DNA of 64,000 nucleotides from Callorhinchus milii (GCF_018977255.1 NW_024704743.1:100256001-100320000), one strand, 5' to 3'; positions 12,745-25,927 are shown, counted from the first letter of the stretch. Notes: generated by a model not told the origin, from the letters alone. Numbers and translations are program-made.

Positions 12745-15562
12745 ATGCTGGACTGCGAGTGCCTAAACAGTCCTACAGGGAAGAGGAAAGGAAACGCTAA
12801 GCAAGAACTTGTTTTTTTTCCTTCTGTTGGAGAACAGATGCCTCGCGCAGCCTGATGCCTTTTTTTAAAAAAAAAAGAATTTGCACAAGGGAATCCCAAA
12901 ACATGGCTCCCTATCTCGGGAGTTGTCTTAATAGACTGCTGGCATAGAGACCGATGAAGTCGCGACTACTGTAGATACAGAGGTTCTTTATGTTTTGTAG
13001 TTGCTGAATAATGTGAGAAGTTTCCCATGATTATGTGATTCATTACTTTCAGTCTGTGCAATATTTAGATAAACCAGTCTTTTTCTCATTCCTGCACGGA
13101 GAATGCATGGCTCGTGCATTTTTCCGAACAACTTTTTTTTAATGTATAATTATGTATTGTCACTGAATGGGGCTTGTTTCTATAGTTTAGAGTTTGTTCC
13201 TTAACCTTAAAGTCACTACAAATGTGACGTCAGGGGCCAAGGACCTATAGGGTATATACAGCATTAATGTATTGTTTTTGCAGCAAGTGCTCCCTGATCA
13301 GGCCTTCTCCTGGCTTTAAAACAACACTCCCAGATGGTCTGTTGCAACGGGACACCCGCAGTGGCACTCTCACACACTGTGAAGCCTATTGCTGTAGTCT
13401 TGGTACCACCCATTATCAAGTGTCTGTCTGTCTGTTTTGGAGACTGGTCACGGCACCTGTGTAAAGTGGTGGCCAGCATGGTGCATGACACTGAACCAAC
13501 CACTGCAGGTGCTACGACACTTCAGTTACTTGGTCGATAACCTAGCCACCGGTGTTAGTGCCTTACAAGTGTGGCCTTGACGGGCTGTTCATAATCAAAA
13601 TGCAGCCCGCTGGTTTGAATGTACCTTCTCTCATTGTTGCCAGCTTTGATTTTGTCTGTCTTATTTCATGTGGGACCAGTGGACCAGATGTCCCACTCAC
13701 TCCCAGGCAGGGGTTAGTTCCACCAGCAGTGGAATCCCACACACTCCCTGGATCAACTCTTTTGTTCCTGCTTTGGAAGCTGGTGGTGTGAGATCCGAGA
13801 GGGTTCAGATTGGAGCCCTGATATCAATGGTGAGGACACTCAGTTGACTGCTCTTTGCAGTCAGTCAATGATTGGCAAAGGCTGTGCCAATATGATCTCT
13901 TGAAGTTTGTAATTTAGAATGAAACTGGGACTGTCAAGTGAAGGACATTTTTTTTTGGGGGGGGAGGGGGGTTAGGGTCCATGACTACTGTTACATAAAT
14001 GTTAAAAGAAATTTAGTTGGCACACATTTACAAAGGACTGATATTACTGATAGGCAGAGGACAGAGAAGGTGTAGACTGATGCTCTCCCTAGTTTCTGCC
14101 TCTTGCTCTTAAAATGCACCTTATTCCAAAGACCAAGTCCTGTTGCATTCCATTTCATTCAATTTCTCAGTCCTCGTCTTGGAGCAGAATCCATCCAATA
14201 GGGTCCTGGTGTATGTGGTGGGGGGGTGGGAGGGAGGGTTTGTATTTTATAATATTGCTGGTAGCCCTTATTCTTTGGAGAGAGGCAAAACTAGATCTGT
14301 CGTTCTTCAAAAAAAAACTCCAGAAGTAGGAGTAAGTTTCAGATCTTATACTTTTTTATATAGAAAAGGGAGAAGGAAGTGTAATTAAATAATACAGTTG
14401 CCATAGCTTAAGGCCCCACTTGTGTGACAGCTGAATACTTGTGGCTGATTTCACTTTAGAAGTCAGTTGAACAGCAGCATGGCTGACGAGTGGAAAGGAA
14501 ATGAGAAACTTTTAAAAACGAACTGGCTTGAGTACTCGTGTATCATTTATTTATACACTCGTGTGTATTATTTACTTTAACCAAACGCAAACTGGAGGGT
14601 ACACCAGTCATAAAAGGGATTTTTACACTTGTCTTGTTGCAGTACATGGCTGAGTGTGAGATTCTCTTTGCTCCTCTGATAGCTACTGTAAATGTGCTGA
14701 CGCCATTCTGCCTATTCTGCAGTGTGCAGATGCCCAGATTGTGGCTTGTGTTGTTGGCACGCTCCGCACTCAGAATTATGTCTGTGGTGCCATCCAGTGC
14801 CCAGCTCCGACATGAAAAGTGACAGCAGCTGTCTGGCATTGCCAACCCAGCTTCAAGATGCCTGAGGGCTTTACAAAGAGAACATATGGTTAGGATTCCC
14901 AAGGAGCTGGGTGGCTTTCACACTGGTATTGTTCTGTTGAGCTCAGTTTTATGCTGCCAACATGTAACAGATTGGCTTCTGTGCCACTTCTTTATGCTGG
15001 TATAAAGTTGGTTGTATAAACAACACTCTAGTGCAAATACTGGCCAGTCACCCACTCCCCGAAGACAGGATTTCAATGGATCACACAGCTTGGGTTTTCT
15101 CTGGGTCCTACTGCCTGCTATTGTGAGGCTGGATCTTGTGCTTAGATGTAGCTAATGATCGAAATGTTTTCTTTAAACTGATTTATTCTGCGTACCACTT
15201 TAAAAAGTCTCCTCGTTTGTACTTTTTTTTAAAAGAATTATGATTTTTTTGGAGAAGGGGGATGTGGTTCAACCGTATGTTTTGTTTGAATTAAGTTGTT
15301 AACCCAAAAATGCTGATGTCACTTTGGAGGAGCTATTCTCGGTGTTGCTGAGGCAGATGAGTTAACATACAAAGTTGAGTTGAGATAGCTGAGGCATACT
15401 GCACCATCAATTCATTAATACAAACCAATTCCATTAATTTTTGATGTGTGCAGCACGTTTAGCTGAAACTTTTTTCGCTCTCCCTCCTGGCTTGAAAAAA
15501 ATCTAATCAAAATTCTTTTGCTATTTGACAAAAAACAATAATGAGTTCCTTCCTTTTTCTAA

Positions 15563-15568
15563 AATAAA
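15563..15568 (+). terminator. Candidate poly(A) signal AATAAA
   Basis: AATAAA followed about 20 nt later by GT-rich gtgtttgtttt. Confidence 0.5.
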
Positions 15569-15894
15569 AAGTTATAACCAGTCAACAAAGTGTTTGTTTT
15601 AAGATCACCTCAGTTATCTTGTTGGTGGTAAAAGTAAGTGAGTCAGTGAATGATTCTTCTGTATGACTGATCCACTAGACATGTGGCTTGTTGACCACTC
15701 AGGCTGTGTGTACATGGTACAGAGATGTGACTAACTGCAGTTTTCCCTTTATCATCTGTTACTGAGTGCTGCAGACAAGTGGGGGAAGGGACTCACTTTA
15801 TTATTCAGTAGTGGGATGGGGGGGGAACCAAAATATTGAGCTTACAGTGCAGGACCATCTGATGCAGTTTCACAATGTATCCAGTTTTGATTAA

Positions 15895-15900
15895 AATAAA
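15895..15900 (+). terminator. Candidate distal poly(A) signal AATAAA
   Basis: AATAAA followed by T-rich ctttgtttcagtttct near the end of the repeat-free tract. Confidence 0.5.
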
Positions 15901-17702
15901 CAACTATTCCTTCTAACTTTGTTTCAGTTTCTCCTTCCCTCTGCTGTGCCACTGTGTCTCATTTCCAGTAGTTCGGTTCAACTGAGGAATTTTGAGGGGT
16001 GTTTTAATGTTATTTCAATTCCGTTTAACTTTAGAAGCTCTCAGTGATGCAGAACGGGGGTGGTCGGAGGTTTGCAAAATGCTTCTAAGGAAAGGAACAA
16101 GATTTGCACTTTGCAACATGAACCATGGAATGTCATACACATCGTACCAATTCCTGAGACCGTCTACTTGAGAAATGTCTGATCAGAGCCAAGGTCTCAA
16201 TAGTTGGTGTGATGTGTGTGGGATTTCTGCTGTAGACACGACATAATGATAATCCTTACACTTCATACAGCGCCTTATCAGGTTGTCAACGTCTCAAAGC
16301 GCTTCCTTTTTTTTCCCCTTGTGAAATGCAGTATCTATGTACTTGTAGGCAAATATCATGAGGAGTCAGTAAGACGGTTCCCGAAGAGAGCCTTTTATTC
16401 CTACTGTATGACTTTAGAGCCAGGAAAAACCATGGGACTATCACAAATCTTGGAAGGTGACTGAACAGCAATAACACAGCATGTATTTGGTCTCCTCAAA
16501 GTGAAGCTAGTTTGAATAATTGAAAGCTCCAAATTCATCTTGTCATTTTGCCCAGACTCAATTTAACAACTGGGTGAACATGTACGTTTTTGTATTGCCT
16601 GAATACTATAGATTTGCAAGCTCTCTGCAAGTAAGTGTGTCACTGGAACCCAAATAGCAACCTCATTTTGAATTCTGGCTTGTAGCTGTGCAGTGGGAAC
16701 ACTAACACTAAAGGTACAACTACTTTGATGTGCTGAGATGTGACTACTGGACACCCGCAGTTCTTCTAGTACCTATTTTCATTTATGACCCTTTGGTAAT
16801 TGACCACAGACATTTGACATTTACTGATTGAACCTTCCAGCATTTGGTCACTAGATATTATAATAATTCTTGCATTTGATATGCCACCTTATCATGCTGT
16901 CAGGACATCTGACCGGTACATTGTAGCACTTCCAGGTCGGCTGGTACCAAAGACTAGAATATGAAACCTACTTGAAGGAAATAGGTTGCATTTTTCAGTG
17001 CCTTACCCATCAAAACATGTTACAGCGTTTAAATTGCTGACAAATGCAGTGGCTGTTTCTGTAAGCAAGCATGAAAAAAGACATCGTATGTTTCAGATTC
17101 ACCCTGGCCTGGTCTACAGTAACTTCCCACTGGGGAGCAGCTTTACCAACTGACCGATTGTTTTTATCTTATTTTCATGACCTCATTGTTTTACTTAGGT
17201 TTTAAAGTCTGAGGAATCTTCAGTGTTTCTGAGCCTCTGATATGCCTGTGTTCCCCACCAAACAGTGCACACAGTCTCTGAGCCCCATACCGTTGGCTTT
17301 CATGTACCACTGAATAGAATTACTGTAATTTATTAGAAGTGTTGCCAAAACGTCATTTGGGTCAATGTGCACCAGTCAATCAAATTTACAGAAAACCAAG
17401 GCTCCAGGATCCCATTCAGTTACAGTCTGCTTCTGTTCCACCTTTGAGATACTAGTTGGCACGTTGCATTGAATCAACAAAGTTTAGGCTCATGTTTCAT
17501 TCTCGAATGGTTTCAAATTGATCTTCTGTGTGGCGAGTGAATTCAAAGCCCAGATGATTGGTGTACCAAACAATGTGATCAATATTGTAGGGGTTAAAAT
17601 AGATCACTGTTTAAACTTCAAATGTCTTTAGTACATTCTCTAGCAGTGAAATTCTCAGAACTCCCTGCTCACCACACCATCTCTGGTTATTTTGTTAAGG
17701 TT

Positions 17703-17935
17703 GGATATAAATTCTACCTAAGGTCTGGATTCACTCTATTTGTATAGAATTTCAGAATGTGAAGAATTTGGCAAATTGTTGAATTCAGTTTTAACTTTGA
17801 AGTTGCTTTTTGTAGTTTTTAGAAAGAAACTTACAGAAAACCTAGCTTCAAAATTAAAAACTCCCATTTAAGATTTTGTCAATTTCTGGACATTCTGAAA
17901 TGCTACATTAAGACCCAGGTGGAATTTTTACCTAT
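17703..17935. mobile_element. Palindromic MITE-like element, copy 2
   Basis: Whole-length imperfect hairpin: aaattctacctaaggtct / agacccaggtggaattt; tttcagaatgt / acattctgaaa; ttttaactttgaag / cttcaaaattaaaa. Confidence 0.8.
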
Positions 17936-18405
17936 AATTTTGCAGTAAAATGATTGGTAAATTGAGATTAGTGTAAATTGCATCTTCACTTCCTGCGCAA
18001 TAGCTATTGTAGGGAACAACAAACAATAATCCTTAAATTTGATATTGTGTTGGAGGACATCTCACAGCACTTCACAGGATTTACTGCACAGCAGGTGAGC
18101 ACAGCAGCCAATAGTCTAGGCTAGGCTGACACTCCGTTACTGTGCTGGGGTGGTATCCTTGAGATGAAACGTTAAATCTCCATGTCCAGCTAGAATCCAG
18201 AATAAATATCAACAACAACAATTTTATCTGGAGGAATTTGACTTTACATTGTGCCCTTCACTTAGGGTAATGTCTCAGAGCTCTCTACAAACATTGGGTT
18301 GAACACTGACAAAGGGAGGGGAGAGAGTGAAAGGGGTTCACCGGGAGCCAGAAGTAAGGTTAAAGAGGTAGGTTTTAAGTGGGAAGTAAAGACATATTTA
18401 TATAA

Positions 18406-18744
18406 CTAATAATCCTTGCATTTGATATCATGTCTTCACGATGTTCCAAAGTGCTTCAGAGAATATACTGTAAAGTGAATTGACCATATATACCTTGTGG
18501 GTGAAATGAGGGATCCACTTGCGCACAGCAGTGTCCCACAAACAATCGTGGATTTGAGTGACCAATTTTTTTTGAAGGAATTATTACCCCCGGAAATGCG
18601 ATCCGCCAATCAACCATGTTCCTACTTACCTCTAGGTAACAGAAGTGTGTGGAGTAAGAAAACTTGCACAACATTTCATCCTGCTGGAAATCCAGGTCTC
18701 TTATTTGAGAGGCGAGTGCTCTATCCACTGAGCCACAGGACTCC
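18406..18744 (-). mobile_element. tRNA-derived SINE, older copy, inserted in a decayed L2
   Basis: Reverse complement of ggagtcctgtggctcagtggatagagcactcgcc..aaatgcaaggattatta; L2-like sequence on both sides. Confidence 0.85.
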
Positions 18745-19124
18745 ACTAGATAGAGAGGGATGGTGGAGCATGGAAGTTCCATAGTTCAGGGCATAGTAAA
18801 GGAAGGCTCGGACATTGATGGTGACATGAAAAGTACAGGGCCTGAGTTTGCCAAGCAGATGGAGTGAGCAGAAGGCTAGAGTAAAAGAAGATCAGAGAGA
18901 TCTTGCTTGGGTGTGAAGAAATTTATAAGTAAGGGTGAGGATTTTGAAATCGATCCACTGGGAGACAGGAATCCACTAAAATAAAGTCTTTCATTAGCAG
19001 GTGAGAATCACAAAGGTGATTATTACCAGCCCCAGGGATGCCAGCAATCACCAAATATTAACATAACTTTAACTTTGTCAAAGTGGCAGGTCAGCACTAA
19101 CTAAGCAACATGGCTGCAGTTTGG

Positions 19125-19700
19125 AACAACAACTTGCATTTACATAGGACCCTTTATACAGGGCAACATCTCGGAGTGCTTTATGAAGCTGGACACAGAG
19201 AGGGTGACAGGTAGGGGGAGGGGAGAGCAGAAGGTGGCCGTACCGGCATTTGAACAGGTAGACCTAAAGATAGGAAGAGAGGGGATGAGACAGTGGCAGA
19301 GGGAGTGAGTAGCTGAGGATAGGGTTGTAGGAATTGAAGGTTCATCCACTGATGGCGGTGTGGAGAGAGCAGGGCTTGGCACAGCAAAGCCGAGTTAGCT
19401 AAGTGGAGGGCTCAAGTAGAAAAGTAGTGTGGGAGGAAGTTGAAGAGATTAGGAGATGGATAGATTTGTGGATGAGGATCTTGAAATCGATCCACCAAGA
19501 GACAGGTAGATGGTGGAGACTGGTGAGGAGTGGTTGTGTAGTTTTGAATTCGTTGAAGCTTGTGAATGGTGGAGTTGGGGATACCAGTGAGACGGAGGGT
19601 CGGAAACCAGAATGTGCAAAGGCATGATTAATGAGTGAGATAAGATGATGTGGTGGAGGTGAAAGAAAGCAGTCTTGGTGAGAAACAGGGAAATTTGCAT
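19125..19700 (-). mobile_element. Older L2 fragment
   Basis: Tail caacaacttgcatttacatagg; ORF 19399-19839(-) contains LHHLPVSWWIDFKIL. Confidence 0.75.
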
Positions 19701-19820
19701 GCGTAGGTGGTATATTTATGTGTAACTCGTGGTCTGTGTTTGATACACTTACGCAGAGTGCTGGGTTTCCACATGTTTTAGATGTCACTGGCTTCCCATC
19801 ACACAAGATATAGTTCAAGG

Positions 19821-20205
19821 TCTTGGTTCTCACCTTCAAAGCCCTCCATGGCCTTACTCCCCCCTACCTCTGTGGCCTCCTAAACCCCTACCAACCTGCC
19901 CACTCCCTCTGCTCAGCGGGCTCCGGCCTGCTTCACAGTCCTCCGCCTCGCCTGCCCCGCTATTCAGACACTCTGCCCCCACCCTCTGGAATCCATCCCG
20001 CAGTCCTTTCCTCGCCCCCTCCCTTGCCTCCTTCAAGACCCATCTCAAATCGCTCCTCTTCGACAGTGCCTTCGATCACCCTCTGCCCCCCTGCCTTCCA
20101 CCCTCCCTATTCCCGACCCCCAGCTCGGATCCGAAACACTGTCTGTCCAGCGCCTTGGGACGTCCTCCCAACATGAAAGGCACTGTACAAATGTAATTTT
20201 GCTGT
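19821..20205 (+). mobile_element. L2 LINE 3' fragment
   Basis: LTFKALHGLTPPYL..; tail ccttgggacgtcctcccaacatgaaaggcactgtacaaatgtaattttg. Confidence 0.9.
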
Positions 20206-21051
20206 TATCTGGCTGACAAAAAAAGTACCAACCTCCAAAACCTTCTGAATACAGTTTACTGTTCATGTATTTAGTACGAGGTATACAGTTTATGTGTGCA
20301 TGAGTGAGAGATTCAGTTTACTGTGTGTGTGAGGGATGCAAATTTATGTATGGGTTAAGGTTATTAATTTAACATTCTGGAGAAAATCCTGTAGGTATTT
20401 GAAAAATAGATTGACTGAATAAGTGGGCTCATCTTGTGGTGCACTGTAAGTGTAGGATTGCTGATTGAAATATAAATGGCACAGGGCTTTGAGTACTGTG
20501 AATAAATGCATGACTTGAGCAATGAAGAGCTTACACAGATGTCAAGTGACAGCCACATCCAGTACATGTATTCGTTCCTGTTTTCATTTATTTCTACCCA
20601 TCAGTGTTATGAAAAGTACAACTTAAGAGAATGGGGATGATAATAATAATTTGCATTTATATAGCGCCTCCTCAAGCAGAGCAGTGTCACAGGGTGCTTG
20701 ATTAATAATACTCCTTACATTTGGTATAGTGCCTTTCACAGTGGGAGGAAGACTCATAGCACTTGTAGGATGTACTGTAACATGTAGTGACTACGTATTG
20801 TGTAGGTGAACATATACACAATCAGGCACTCAGGGACCCCTTATCACTACAGTTTTAAAGCAACAATTTGAATGGTTCCCTAACAGTGATCAAGCTGAGG
20901 AGGCAGCAGCTATGAGCTCTGTGAGGGAAGGCGGGTAAATGTCAGGACAGCTGCCAACCCAGAGAAGGTCCAGAGTACAAGTATTCTGCTGCATGCTTTT
21001 ATGTGTATTCTCTTGTTACACTGTTGCTGGTTGCTCATGTCAAGCACATTT

Positions 21052-21455
21052 TATTTTAGATACAGCCCTGTGACAACAGAACCCGAATAAGGTGTAGCCC
21101 ATTTTAATATTTTGTAATTAAATAAAGGAGAGAAACACAGCGAAAGTTTCTGTGCAGTTGCTGAGTTCAGCAGCATAAACTACAGTGAGAATCATGGAGA
21201 TTACAGCATGGAAAGAGGCCGCTTGACACATGGTGACTTGTGCTGATGGCAGCTCAACAACCCCCTGCCCCGCGGGGCTCCCAACTCTTTCCCCCCAATT
21301 CCCTCAAACATTTTCAATGTGACGAACAACTGCTTAAAAATGTTAATGATGCTGATTTATAAGCAAAAATAGTATTTTAGATACAGCCCTGTGACAACAG
21401 AACCCGAGTAAGATGTAGCCCATTTTAATATTTTGTAATTAAATAAAGGAGAGAA
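21052..21455. repeat. Two 83-bp direct repeats separated by a 238-bp spacer
   Basis: tattttagatacagccctgtgacaacagaacccga..aataaaggagagaa at 21052-21134 and 21373-21455, two mismatches. Confidence 0.95.
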
Positions 21456-21547
21456 GAAAAAGGGGCAACTGATTAGCAGTTAACAAACCCAAGTGGAAGA
21501 AGAACAACAGGGTAACAATTCTGTAGAGCATCTATAACCTCTTTATA

Positions 21548-22157
21548 TGGTCAGGCAGGTGTGTGACACATAAAATATCCCATCGCCCTGCTTCAGAATA
21601 TCTAAATCAGATTGACAGTTCTATATAGCTGTGCCACCTACACATGGAAATTCCCTGTGTCTAGAATGGAATGTGAACTCCCTCCCAGAAGAGACTGACT
21701 CTGTTTACCTAATTCTGAAGAGTATTAAGAACAGGTTGGCGAGGCGAAGGCTTGGGGAACCCCAGAGCGTGTGTTGAAGTACTACTGGAGTTTAACCAGC
21801 TAAAAACATATTGCTTGCTATTGAAAGCATTTTTCTGGCAAGCTACCTGCTGCTTTTCCAGCTACATCTACCCCAGCCATTATGGCTTTGGCTTGCAGGG
21901 TTAACAGGAACTGAATGGGAAGAGTTCTTTCTCATTGACTAGTCTGCTGGTCCAAGTCTGCTGATGAGCCAGGCTGGCTGGTTTGTCAGTAGCAGTGCCC
22001 TGGAGATTTGCGGACCCGCCTGACGCAGGAATTGGACTATTGAGACCGCCTCAGAGGGCTGGCTTGATTCTGACATTCCGTTCAAGCATGTCACCTTGGA
22101 GCCAGTTCAGCTGCAGAGAGACTGCTGAGGAGGAAAGAAGAAAAAAGAACAAAGAAA
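21548..22157 (+). mobile_element. Unclassified retroposon-like repeat, copy 2 (longest, A-rich tail)
   Basis: 5' half matches 264-600; 3' half (ctgctgatgagccaggctggctgg..tgcggacccgcctg..ctggcttgattc..gtcaccttggagccagttcag) matches 36544-36725(-); ends in gaggaaagaagaaaaaagaacaaagaaa. Confidence 0.75.
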
Positions 22158-22379
22158 CCTATTGCTGGACCGTTTAAAAGTTTTCAGTGTAAGATTAACG
22201 TATATGTGGCAGTGGCTGAGAGCAAATGCAGGTACAGTAGTTGCTGGCACCAGATCTCATAAGGGAGGCAGCAGCACTGCCTGTAACTTGTACCATAACC
22301 ACAGAACTCTAGAAAAGTTTTTCAGGTGGAGGTGGATAGAACTGCATGTTGTGGGCCAGGGGTTCGCTAGTCCGAACAC

Positions 22380-22670
22380 TTGTCCTTGCTGAGTTTGCTG
22401 GTCTTTGTGGGGCTGCATGGGGGTGCTGTATCTTCCCAGGGTTAGGAAGGGGAAAGCCAGCTAGGATCCCTGCTCCATGTTCCCCTATTGGCTGTCAATG
22501 TGTGTGGTAGGCAAGCGACGAGATGGTCAGACGCTTCTGTGATACTCTTGACAGTTGAGTCATCTGCTGACACTCACTGCCAAGCTTCACACTTGAGCAT
22601 TAACCACTTGTGGGGCTACCCATGGGACCAGGTACAGAGGCATGTGTGAATGAGGAAAAAAATTGACGCA
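22380..22670 (+). mobile_element. Old SINE (AmnSINE2-like, name recalled)
   Basis: tgctgagtttgctggtc..cccagggttaggaaggggaaagccagctagg..ctgctgacactcactgccaagcttcacac..ccacttg. Confidence 0.55.
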
Positions 22671-23795
22671 CTGAATTTTTATTTTTATATAAAAAAAGCT
22701 TTTCAGACTGTGGTGTCCATATCACATTCTCTGCCATGGCTGTGCAACTAGCTTGCAGCAAAGTGAGTCAACAGTCTAGTGTTCCTCTCTATTCTACTTC
22801 AAACAACTTCAGCTACTGGTACTTTCAAAAGCTCTTCAAAAGACTGAGGAGGATGATAACTGCTGATTGTGAGACAGGTTAACGCTGAAAGTTTGGGGAA
22901 AAAACCACTGCCTGCTAGGCTCAGCTTCTGAGACATGCAATTTGTTGCAAACTAGTATCAAAGGGTTTTGACCTTGACTAAAGGTATATCGGACAGTGAG
23001 GGGAACTTGGAGATTCAACAAATATAATTTTTACATGTATGTAGTGCCTTTCCCTTTCCTTAGGATGTTTCAAAGCACTTAACAGAACCGACTGAGGAAA
23101 GAGGGTGTGGAGGAAAAGTGACCTATAACATGGTCGAAAAGACTCCCGAAAAGAGTTTCTGAGAGTTGGGGAAGAATGCGTGAAGGTTCCCAGTAAAGTT
23201 ACTTGTGAATGTTTAAATGGGAAGACGTACAAATGTAGATAACTTAGTTATAACAATTTTATAGCATAGTCATGGGGTTCCGCAAGTGTCAGGAACCGGT
23301 CAGTGCTGAGTTTGCCGATCCAGTGCCTTGGGACGTCCTCCTGACGTGAAAGGCGCTTTACAAATGTAATTTTGTATTGTAGTGTCAGATGGAAACAAAA
23401 CAGAGGCAGAACCAATCAACCTATGTCATGTGCTCCTAAATTTATGGGTTATGGAACATGATCGGTGTTTCCCAAGTCTGCACTGCAAGTTGGAAGTGAT
23501 GTCAGCAGTGACCTGATGACCCAGAATCAGTGGCTTTTTTTCTCAAGCACCTCTTGTAACATGGAGTCCAAATATATGCCCCCGAACATCACCTTATAAA
23601 GGGGGTTTTCCTGTTTAATATCAAACGGTTGCCTCACTCAACAAAATCCCTGCACATACGCTCGCCATATCATCATAGAGTGTCACTTAAGTCAACATGA
23701 CTTGTAATGTTATTATGTCTGCTGTGTGATATCGCACATCGAAACCTGCGTATATGGAAATGTTGGCAAGCAGAGCTATGCCTGCTCACAGGATG

Positions 23796-24070
23796 CCAGC
23801 CTGGCTCAGTTGGTAGTATGCTTGCTTCTGAATCAGAAAGTTGTGGGTTCAAGCCACAGGTCGGGGATTTTGAGGTCATAGTGTCACATTCTTCAGTGCA
23901 TTTGAGCGAGTGTTGTATTGTTGGAGATTTTAAAATCAATGTCGGTTCCAGTAGATGTTCGAGATCCCGTGGCTCTACTTGAAAAGCAGAAGTAGTTTCA
24001 CTTGGTGTCCTGGCTAACAATCCTTCAAAATTTATTTTTCACCACTGGCTACTCATTTGTCTGTGCAAAT
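23796..24070 (+). mobile_element. Deu-domain SINE, decayed
   Basis: cagcctggctcagttggtag..tctgaatcagaaagttgtgggttcaagcc..agatcccgtggc..tgtcctggctaaca. Confidence 0.7.
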
Positions 24071-25245
24071 TAGTTATTATTATTATTATCATGCACATCT
24101 GCCTGCAAAAATAGACAGTATTTATCGCTAATTACTTTTAAGTGTGTTTGCACATTATAGTGCCTATAATCCAATGCTAGTAATTTTCATTTGTTTATTT
24201 ATCAGGGCCCTACTTATGCATCACACTTCCTGCCACTGAGGCATACAGTGGGAAATAAGAGCTAAATCAAGTGTTTATCTGACTTCCTTTTGCTTCAAGA
24301 TATTTGTTGTTCACATTCGGTGTTAATTATTCCACTGCATTCTACTTTCCATACAATAGGTAATTTGGCTTCTGTTGAAACAAAGTGCCTCTGGCAACGA
24401 AGGCAAACGGGACCTTATAAATCCAAAGACACAGTGTGAATCGTGCTTTGTGAAGCATTCTCTACATTCCATTAATTGTAAAGTGATACTTCAGGGAATG
24501 GAAGAAACTATGTAACTATTGTGACTGAATTTTAACATGACAAAAGCGAGTAGAACATCGAATAGATAAACAGATTTTTAACTATTTGTATTTGTCAGTT
24601 CTGGTAGAATGTTATCAAAGATATTAGTCTCCTTTCAGTGAAGTTGTGAGGCTGTTTGTTGACAGTTCTGCAAAAGTAAATGGTGTTTACCAATTGTCAA
24701 GTACTGCAGAATGCTTCTATTCAAACTCTCTCAATGAATCACATAGCATCAGGTTCTACTTAAATCATAATCTGAGGGAATCAATCCTACAACATGACCA
24801 ATAAAATCCAAAGATTGCGTTGATGAAAGAGCTCAACTGAATCCACAGAATTAAAGCTACTGCAGTACACAAGCTGGAAGATTGGAAGTAAGAGGGAGAA
24901 ACTTGGTGTTATGTTCAACTGCAAAATCTTTGCAGTAAATCCTATGAAGCAATGTGAGGCACCCTCCTCCTGACCTGAAAGGTGCTATATCAAATGCAAG
25001 GGTTATTATTATTACTTGAAAGCCACCTTTAGTTTGTAATTTGAAAATAGACCCCAAGTTCATCTGTGAAAATTTCATAAGTGATATTTTTCATCTCTAT
25101 TCAAGATTGTTTGCAAATGCTAATTTGTAACATTCAATCTGTCATTCTATTCAATCTGTCAAGCATTCGCACAACTTATTTATTAGATATTTCTTCAGAA
25201 ACATATTCCGAATATAGTAATAATAATCCTTCCAGTTAAGATAAA

Positions 25246-25552
25246 TAATAATAATCTTTTCATTTGATATAGCGCTTTTCACGTCTTCTAGACATCTCAA
25301 AGCGCTTCACAGAATAGACTGTAAAGTGAATTGACTGTGTATTTGTGGGCGAACACGGCAGCCAATTGTGCACAGCAGTGTCCCACAAATAGTCGTGGAT
25401 TAAAGTGACCAATTTATTATTATTTTTTCTTGAGGGATTATTATCAGGCGTGTGGAGTAAGCAAACTTGCCCAAGGTTTCACCCTGCCGGGAATCAAACC
25501 CAGGTCTCTCGCTTACGAAGCGAGTGCTCTAACCACTGAGCTACAGGATTCC
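25246..25552 (-). mobile_element. tRNA-derived SINE, full length
   Basis: Reverse complement of the 4717 family; taagata occurs on both sides (possible TSD). Confidence 0.9.
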
Positions 25553-25654
25553 TTATAAGATAGTGCCTCATCATATATCAACATCCACCTGAACAGACAG
25601 ATGAAACCGCAGTTTAACAACTTAGCCAAAGAAAAGCACCTCTGACAATGAAGT

Positions 25655-25927
25655 AAACAAAAGGCAAAATACTACAGATGTTGGAAATCTGAAATAAAAG
25701 CAAAAGTCACTGGGAACACTCAGCAGGTCAGGCAGCATCTACGGAGAAAGTGAGTTAACATTTCAGGTCGATGACCTTTTGTCTCTGTTTGACATTATAA
25801 GCTGTTCCCTTCCAATATCCTCCAGTTCTAATCTAAGGTTGTTGACCTGAAATGTTAACTCACTTTTCTCTCTCCATAGATGCTGCCTGACCTGCTGAGC
25901 TTTCCCAGTGACTTCTGTTTTTATTTC
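25655..25927. mobile_element. Penelope-like inverted-repeat element
   Basis: About 90-bp arms at 25691-25778 and 25835-25927 are near-perfect reverse complements; inserted in a Deu-SINE(-) with a 14-bp TSD (tctgacaatgaagt / tctgtcaaagaagt). The Penelope assignment is recalled from similar shark repeats. Confidence 0.75.

Larger units (their letters stand above)
12745..15920 (+). other. TGIF1: Probable long 3'UTR of the TGIF gene
   Basis: About 3.2 kb with no recognisable SINE/LINE in an otherwise repeat-dense window; T/A-rich; proximal blocks resemble the mammalian TGIF1 3'UTR as recalled; AATAAA at 15563 and 15895. Confidence 0.6.

Noticed and set aside
21955..21990. CTGATGA followed by a short stem as a hammerhead ribozyme (also near 36710 on -)
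   Set aside because: No GAAA after the stem in either copy and no stem I/III evident.
22105..22157. Strong minus-strand pyrimidine tract plus NAGNAG acceptor as an extra terminal DLGAP exon
   Set aside because: The tract is the A-rich tail of the retroposon copy at 21548-22157, and it lies beyond the likely DLGAP poly(A) sites.
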